A stretch of DNA of 64,000 nucleotides, taken from the sequence record PZ452579.1; one strand, written 5' to 3'. Source of the stretch: a phage. The notes beneath the pieces were generated by a model. That model ran no database searches, was not told where the DNA came from, and saw nothing but the letters and a program-made list of their open reading frames with translations. A program made the translations under genes and the position numbers. Shown here piece after piece: positions 59,451 to 64,000 of this stretch; the stretch's first letter is position 1; every line of letters starts with the position of its first letter.

Positions 59451-60167
59451 ATGAATTATAACTCAATATACGAAAAGCTTATCACCAATGCTAAATCAAG
59501 AAGTTTAGATGGTTATACAGAACGTCATCACATTATACCACAATGTTTAGGTGGAAGTGATGATGCTTTAAACTTAGTAGACTTAACACCGGAAGAACAT
59601 TATTTGGCACATCAACTGTTGGTAAAAATCCATCCAGATAATGCCTCTTTAATATATGCCGCTCGTATGATGACCATATCATCTCCTAAAGCAGATAGAA
59701 GCAAAAACAAATTATTTGGATGGCTTCGACGTAAGAATCAAGAAGTTCAAAAGAACAAAGAATTCACTGCTGAAACCCGTAAGAAAATGTCTGAGTCTGC
59801 AAAAAATAAACCAAAGATTACATGTCCACACTGCGGTTTAACCGGCACTGAAGGAAACATGAGACGTTGGCATTTTGATAACTGTAAACAAGGCCCTACG
59901 CCTAAAATAGTAAAACTTGATCAAGAAACAAAAGATAAAATAATTAAAACCATGGCCACGAAAATTTGGAAAGAAGATTCTTGCCCGTTTTGTGGCTTAA
60001 CTACTAAGTTATCGGCGTTAAAGCCACATATAAAATTCTGTAAATCAAATCCTAACAGAAAGAAAAAAGAGGACAAGAAAATTAAATGTCCTCATTGCGA
60101 TAAAATAGGGATCCCTGCTAATATGCATCGTTGGCATTTTGATAACTGTAAACATAAGCCTCATTAA
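59451..60167 (+). CDS. free-standing HNH homing endonuclease with three C-terminal zinc-finger repeats
   Basis: 238 aa; HNH core YTERHHIIPQCLGGSDDALNLVDLTPEEHYLAHQ; repeats KITCPHCGLTGTEGNMRRWHFDNCK / DSCPFCGLTTKLSALKPHIKFCK / KIKCPHCDKIGIPANMHRWHFDNCK; opposite strand to flanking genes. Confidence 0.85.
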   Translation: MNYNSIYEKLITNAKSRSLDGYTERHHIIPQCLGGSDDALNLVDLTPEEHYLAHQLLVKIHPDNASLIYAARMMTISSPKADRSKNKLFGWLRRKNQEVQKNKEFTAETRKKMSESAKNKPKITCPHCGLTGTEGNMRRWHFDNCKQGPTPKIVKLDQETKDKIIKTMATKIWKEDSCPFCGLTTKLSALKPHIKFCKSNPNRKKKEDKKIKCPHCDKIGIPANMHRWHFDNCKHKPH

Positions 60168-61852
60168 GAGGCTTTCATTACAGTAAATCGTCCAACTTTG
60201 CTCATTTGCAAATGTTGTCCATAAGCTTGTGGGTCATGGTCTCTGTGACTAATTATAAACACGTTTGCATCGGTTAGAGAGTTAAGAATTGTTGAAATAG
60301 CTTTAATACCTTCAGAATCAGTCGCGGAATCCATGACTTCGTCCATAATTAATGTATTGATTCTAACACCAGAGACCTTTTCAGCAATATCTCGCCATGT
60401 AAACAACAATGCGATATCGATACGTGCCTTTTCACCTTGACTAAACGAAGCATAACTGAATTCTTCACGACCACGTGATTTTATAGATTCATTGAATTCT
60501 TCGTCAATAGAAAACACGTAATCAGCTTCCATGATTTTAAGATAATGGTTAATCTGCTTATTGAACAAAGGCACATATTTTTTAATGATAGCACCTTTAA
60601 TACCAGAATCTTTTAACATATCTGTGATAATACCACGATGGTATTTTTCAAGAACGATATCCGATTTTGTTTTAATGATTTTATCAAGTTCTTTTTGAAG
60701 CAAAGCTATCTCATCGGCATGGTCGATAAATTCCGCCGAGGCTTGTTCTATTGCCGCTTTAACTTTCTTAGCTTTATCAATAGTGGCAATCATTGCTTGT
60801 TTCTTGGTACGAATATCAGATGCAAGGTCCTGTTTAGTCTTAACATTAGCTCTATATTCGTCCACTAGGACACTCAGATTATCTCTGTGACATGTAAGTT
60901 GCTCGAATGAGTGATTACATTCGTGAAGCTTATCGGTAATCTTAGAGACAATAGGATCACCCTGGTGTAACTGTGATGCACAAGTAGGACATGTACCGCC
61001 ATCATGATACATCTTAATAACTTTGTTATATGAGTCAATTTTAGATTTAATCAAGAATGCTTCTTGTCCTATCTTGTTGAATGCCTCAGTAGGGTCTTCA
61101 TCAAGAACGATATTAAGTAGTCGCTCATTAGCTTCTTCGATTTCTGCTTTTAATGAACGAGCTTCTTTGGCTAGGTCGTCATACATATTCTGTAGACGCG
61201 CTACATTATCACCAGATAATTTCTTTTGACGTTCGATATTCTCGTTATAAATCTTAATTTGTTGGATAACACCATCTTTCTTGGCATCAAGAACTTGTCC
61301 CTGAGAATTAAGTTCGCGAACTTGAGACTTATTGATTTTATCCATTTCAGCGAGTGTGCCGACTTCTAAAAGGTCTTCGACAAGTTTTCTACGAGCAGGG
61401 GTGCTAAGAGCCATGAAAGGGGTATACCCTGCCGTCCCAAGCACAACGATTTGTTTAAAAGACGCGTATGACATTCCGATGCTACGTTCAAATTCTTCTT
61501 GGAAGTCACGACTGCTGGCAGATTCATCAAGACGAACGCCGTCAACGGAGATTTCGAAAATATTGGGCTTTTGACCACGTCTAATGAAGTATTTTTTATC
61601 ATCGAATTCCATCCAAAGCTCAACTAAGAGCTCTTTCTTGTTCGTGCTATTAATGATTTGCCCTTTCTTAACATCACGAAATGGTTTACCGAAAAGTCCG
61701 AAAGTAATGGCTTCTAACATCGTAGATTTACCGCCGCCATTTTTACCGGTGATTAATGTCTTTTGGACTTTATCTAATTGGATATCAATAGGATTCCCAC
61801 CTACCGACATGATGTTTTGATAACGAACACGATTTAATTTAAATGATTTCAT
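60164..61852 (-). CDS. 46: recombination endonuclease subunit gp46 (Rad50/SbcC-like)
   Basis: 562 aa; Walker A GKNGGGKST; matches T4 gp46. Confidence 0.95.
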   Translation of the reverse strand: MKSFKLNRVRYQNIMSVGGNPIDIQLDKVQKTLITGKNGGGKSTMLEAITFGLFGKPFRDVKKGQIINSTNKKELLVELWMEFDDKKYFIRRGQKPNIFEISVDGVRLDESASSRDFQEEFERSIGMSYASFKQIVVLGTAGYTPFMALSTPARRKLVEDLLEVGTLAEMDKINKSQVRELNSQGQVLDAKKDGVIQQIKIYNENIERQKKLSGDNVARLQNMYDDLAKEARSLKAEIEEANERLLNIVLDEDPTEAFNKIGQEAFLIKSKIDSYNKVIKMYHDGGTCPTCASQLHQGDPIVSKITDKLHECNHSFEQLTCHRDNLSVLVDEYRANVKTKQDLASDIRTKKQAMIATIDKAKKVKAAIEQASAEFIDHADEIALLQKELDKIIKTKSDIVLEKYHRGIITDMLKDSGIKGAIIKKYVPLFNKQINHYLKIMEADYVFSIDEEFNESIKSRGREEFSYASFSQGEKARIDIALLFTWRDIAEKVSGVRINTLIMDEVMDSATDSEGIKAISTILNSLTDANVFIISHRDHDPQAYGQHLQMSKVGRFTVMKAS

Positions 61853-62103
61853 ATGTATTCTCTTCGAATGAAGTCCTCTACATATTTTAACATGTCATCC
61901 CTATCAGCAAAATATTCATCTAGTTCTGCATACATAACAACACCTGGTGCGTACTCACAGGTAACATACATTGTTCCAAAGAAACGAGGAGTTGATTCCT
62001 CGTAATTCTCAGTCCATTCAACGATACCAATATAACCGTCACCAATACTAAATTCATGACGATGGATTTCATAATCAGTCTTCGTCATTATACGCATCCT
62101 CAA
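61849..62103 (-). CDS. hypothetical protein (46.1 position)
   Basis: 84-aa ORF; 4-nt overlap with gene 46. Confidence 0.55.
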   Translation of the reverse strand: MRMRIMTKTDYEIHRHEFSIGDGYIGIVEWTENYEESTPRFFGTMYVTCEYAPGVVMYAELDEYFADRDDMLKYVEDFIRREYI

Positions 62104-62332
62104 TACACGCTTCAGCCATTTTAAGAATAGAGCCAGGAGTATCGTTGTCCATTATATTAAAGCTAAATTCAATAGCCCAGTCGGTGCAGACATGAACTGC
62201 TTTAACTTCATTGCCTTCAACGCGTAATGGCTCAATCCAATACTTGATAGTGTTCTCGAATCCATCATCATCTTTAACGTCCATTTCAACTTCAAGCCTG
62301 AGTCCAGCATTGTTAAATTCATCTAAAGTCAT
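62075..62332 (-). CDS. hypothetical protein (46.2 position)
   Basis: 85-aa ORF. Confidence 0.55.
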   Translation of the reverse strand: MTLDEFNNAGLRLEVEMDVKDDDGFENTIKYWIEPLRVEGNEVKAVHVCTDWAIEFSFNIMDNDTPGSILKMAEACIEDAYNDED

Positions 62333-63348
62333 TGTGTTGCCTCAATATAAAGTTCGTTGGAATATTTGACCAGCGCTTCTCTGTCTTCGTCTGAGATATC
62401 TGGAATCGCGTCAATATATTCTTTAATGATATCTTGAAGTGATTTAATCTCGATTTCCTGGTCGTCATCAGATTCAACACTGTTATCAACTTTAGAAACC
62501 ATACGAAGAGAGTGAACTACTTTTTCAAGTTCAGATTCAAACTTAGTCAACTCTGAATCAATTTCTGATACTATAACACGTACGGCTAGATTGGTATAAT
62601 CAGAATAATTGATTTTGCCTTTAAATGGATAAGTGATTCGTCGATGCCATGTTGTTTCATTAGGAATAAATTCCATACGTTCAACATCAGTGTCAAATAC
62701 CCAGAATCCGCGCGGGTCGTTCTCATCACCTGCAGTAAGGGTCCATGGTGTCCCAATATATTTGACGTTAGCAGCTTCAGAGATTGTGTGGAAGTGGCCG
62801 GACCAGACTTGTTTATAGGTCTTTAAGAAATCAGGTTCAAGCCCATGAGACTTCATTCCTTTATAGAAATAAAAGCCATTCAGTTCCCAGTGACCAACAC
62901 AATACGCAGCAGAAGAAGTCTTGATGTGCTCTAAGATTTCACCTGTATTTTCTTCACACATCCATGGAACGATATCAATCAGACATCCATCAAAATCTAC
63001 AGTAGTTGGATGCTCGTAAATAGTAAAGTTTTCAAATTGAGTTAACAATTCAGAAACAGTGTTAGGTGTTATTGTATTCTTAAACGCCATGTCATGGTTT
63101 CCTATCGTGACATGAACGTGAATGCCTGCTTTAGAAATCATATCAACGATTTCACGATTGAATTCCATTGTACGATGTGTTATTGCTTTACGGACGTCAA
63201 ACCAATCACCGTACTGAATCCAAGTTTTAATCCCGTGTTTCTTAGAGTATTCAATTGCTTGTCGAATACCATCACGTTGAATATCTTGAACCCATGGGTC
63301 GTCTTGTTTGACTCCGATATGGAAGTCGCCTAAGTGCAAAATTTTCAT
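62329..63348 (-). CDS. 47: recombination endonuclease subunit gp47 (Mre11/SbcD-like)
   Basis: 339 aa; MKILHLGDFHIG...GNHD phosphoesterase motifs; matches T4 gp47. Confidence 0.95.
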   Translation of the reverse strand: MKILHLGDFHIGVKQDDPWVQDIQRDGIRQAIEYSKKHGIKTWIQYGDWFDVRKAITHRTMEFNREIVDMISKAGIHVHVTIGNHDMAFKNTITPNTVSELLTQFENFTIYEHPTTVDFDGCLIDIVPWMCEENTGEILEHIKTSSAAYCVGHWELNGFYFYKGMKSHGLEPDFLKTYKQVWSGHFHTISEAANVKYIGTPWTLTAGDENDPRGFWVFDTDVERMEFIPNETTWHRRITYPFKGKINYSDYTNLAVRVIVSEIDSELTKFESELEKVVHSLRMVSKVDNSVESDDDQEIEIKSLQDIIKEYIDAIPDISDEDREALVKYSNELYIEATQ

Positions 63349-63392
63349 ATTATTTCCTCATTAGTTAATTCATTCTATCATCCGTTTATAAA

Positions 63393-63422
63393 GCAAAAAA
63401 AAAAGGAACTCCGAAGAGTTCC
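63393..63422 (-). terminator. rho-independent terminator upstream of gene 47
   Basis: GGAACT-cttcgg-AGTTCC hairpin followed by a 10-T run on minus strand. Confidence 0.7.
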
Positions 63423-63595
63423 TATCCACATAGTACACCGTACAGAGGCTCATTTGAACTTTTAAATCGAATGGGCTTGTATGTAATAGTTCCTTCGGCT
63501 TTAGCTTTATCATAAGACTCTTTAAAACGTCTCATTCTTTCTGCTTTGCCTTTACGGATTTTATCGAAATTTTCAGAAGTCGGGATGTTCGTCAT
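63422..63595 (-). CDS. small basic protein (not in ORF track)
   Basis: 57 aa MTNIPTSENFDKIRKGKAERMRRFKESYDKAKAEGTITYKPIRFKSSNEPLYGVLCG; ends at the terminator. Confidence 0.45.
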   Translation of the reverse strand: MTNIPTSENFDKIRKGKAERMRRFKESYDKAKAEGTITYKPIRFKSSNEPLYGVLCG

Positions 63596-63634
63596 GCATA
63601 AGCACCTCTCAGAAAATGCCTAAATCAATTTCTC

Positions 63635-63856
63635 TCATCGTTTCCACCATTTCTTAACTTGAAACGAATCAACCCACACGAGTTGTTTTGGGTCTGCCTT
63701 TACAATAGGCGGACAAATTTCTGTAATAGAACCGTCGTGATATTCCTTTTCAGAAATTTTAACACAAAGAGGACCTCCCAATTTAAGGGTGAACCCTGCG
63801 TTCAGCTTCAGACGTTTAAACTTTGTTTGAACTAGCGCCATTAATGATGTCCTCAA
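63635..63856 (-). CDS. hypothetical protein
   Basis: 73-aa ORF. Confidence 0.45.
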   Translation of the reverse strand: MRTSLMALVQTKFKRLKLNAGFTLKLGGPLCVKISEKEYHDGSITEICPPIVKADPKQLVWVDSFQVKKWWKR

Positions 63857-64000
63857 TAGCCTGACGAGTAGTAACCCACTGGATTTTAATTAACTTGTCA
63901 TTATATGGTTGTCGTAGAATATCCCGAGATTTCTTAATAGCATATTCGTAAGCTTCGAAGTTGTTTTGAATTGCTGCTTCTTGAGCATGAGCATAAAGAC
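63814..64000 (-). CDS. hypothetical protein, partial (start beyond window end)
   Basis: open frame from window edge: ...LYAHAQEAAIQNNFEAYEYAIKKSRDILRQPYNDKLIKIQWVTTRQAIEDIINGASSNKV. Confidence 0.35.

Noticed and set aside
1-64000. tRNA or other structured RNA genes
   Set aside because: No cloverleaf-compatible segments noticed by eye in intergenic regions; the T-even tRNA cluster normally lies elsewhere in the genome. A tRNAscan/Infernal run would be needed to be certain

Overview
This window reads as a contiguous segment of a T-even (T4-like, Tevenvirinae) myovirus genome, most likely an RB69-type phage. The 903-aa DNA polymerase at 53257..55968 matches, as far as I can recall, the RB69 gp43 used in structural studies; the other core proteins are collinear with T4 but diverged, and all gene names below come from reading the translations against remembered T4/RB69 proteins, not from a database search. 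Gene order is frd(partial)-32-59-33-dsbA-rnh on the minus strand, then the late long-tail-fibre operon 34-35-36-37-38-t on the plus strand, then a long minus-strand early/middle block: asiA, small early genes, motA, 52, ndd, denB, rIIB, rIIA, a glycosyltransferase-like gene, fused topoisomerase 39, a tandem paralog array, dexA, dda, srd, modA, modB, soc, 56, 61, sp, dmd, 41, 40, uvsX, an accessory island, 43, regA, 62, 44, 45, a plus-strand HNH homing endonuclease, 46 and 47. The most interesting content is the accessory island between uvsX and gene 43 (46668..53216), where T4 carries beta-glucosyltransferase and imm. Here it instead holds a divergent gp42-like pyrimidine hydroxymethylase translationally coupled to two unknown genes, plus a KdsD-like arabinose-5-phosphate isomerase, a HAD phosphatase, a kinase/nucleotidyltransferase fusion and a Cys-rich unknown. 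Together with the GT-like gene beside rIIA (25533..26633) this looks like a complete DNA sugar-hypermodification system, plausibly arabinosylation of hydroxymethylcytosine. Other points of note: a T2-type gp38 adhesin with glycine-rich motifs and a gp37 carrying a C-terminal autoproteolytic chaperone-like domain; three tandem paralogs with a covarying promoter palindrome; T4-style early promoters nested inside hairpins that sequester the downstream Shine-Dalgarno; late promoters (TATAAATA) and rho-independent terminators; and several short coupled ORFs absent from the supplied ORF track. No tRNA, rRNA or CRISPR arrays were seen.
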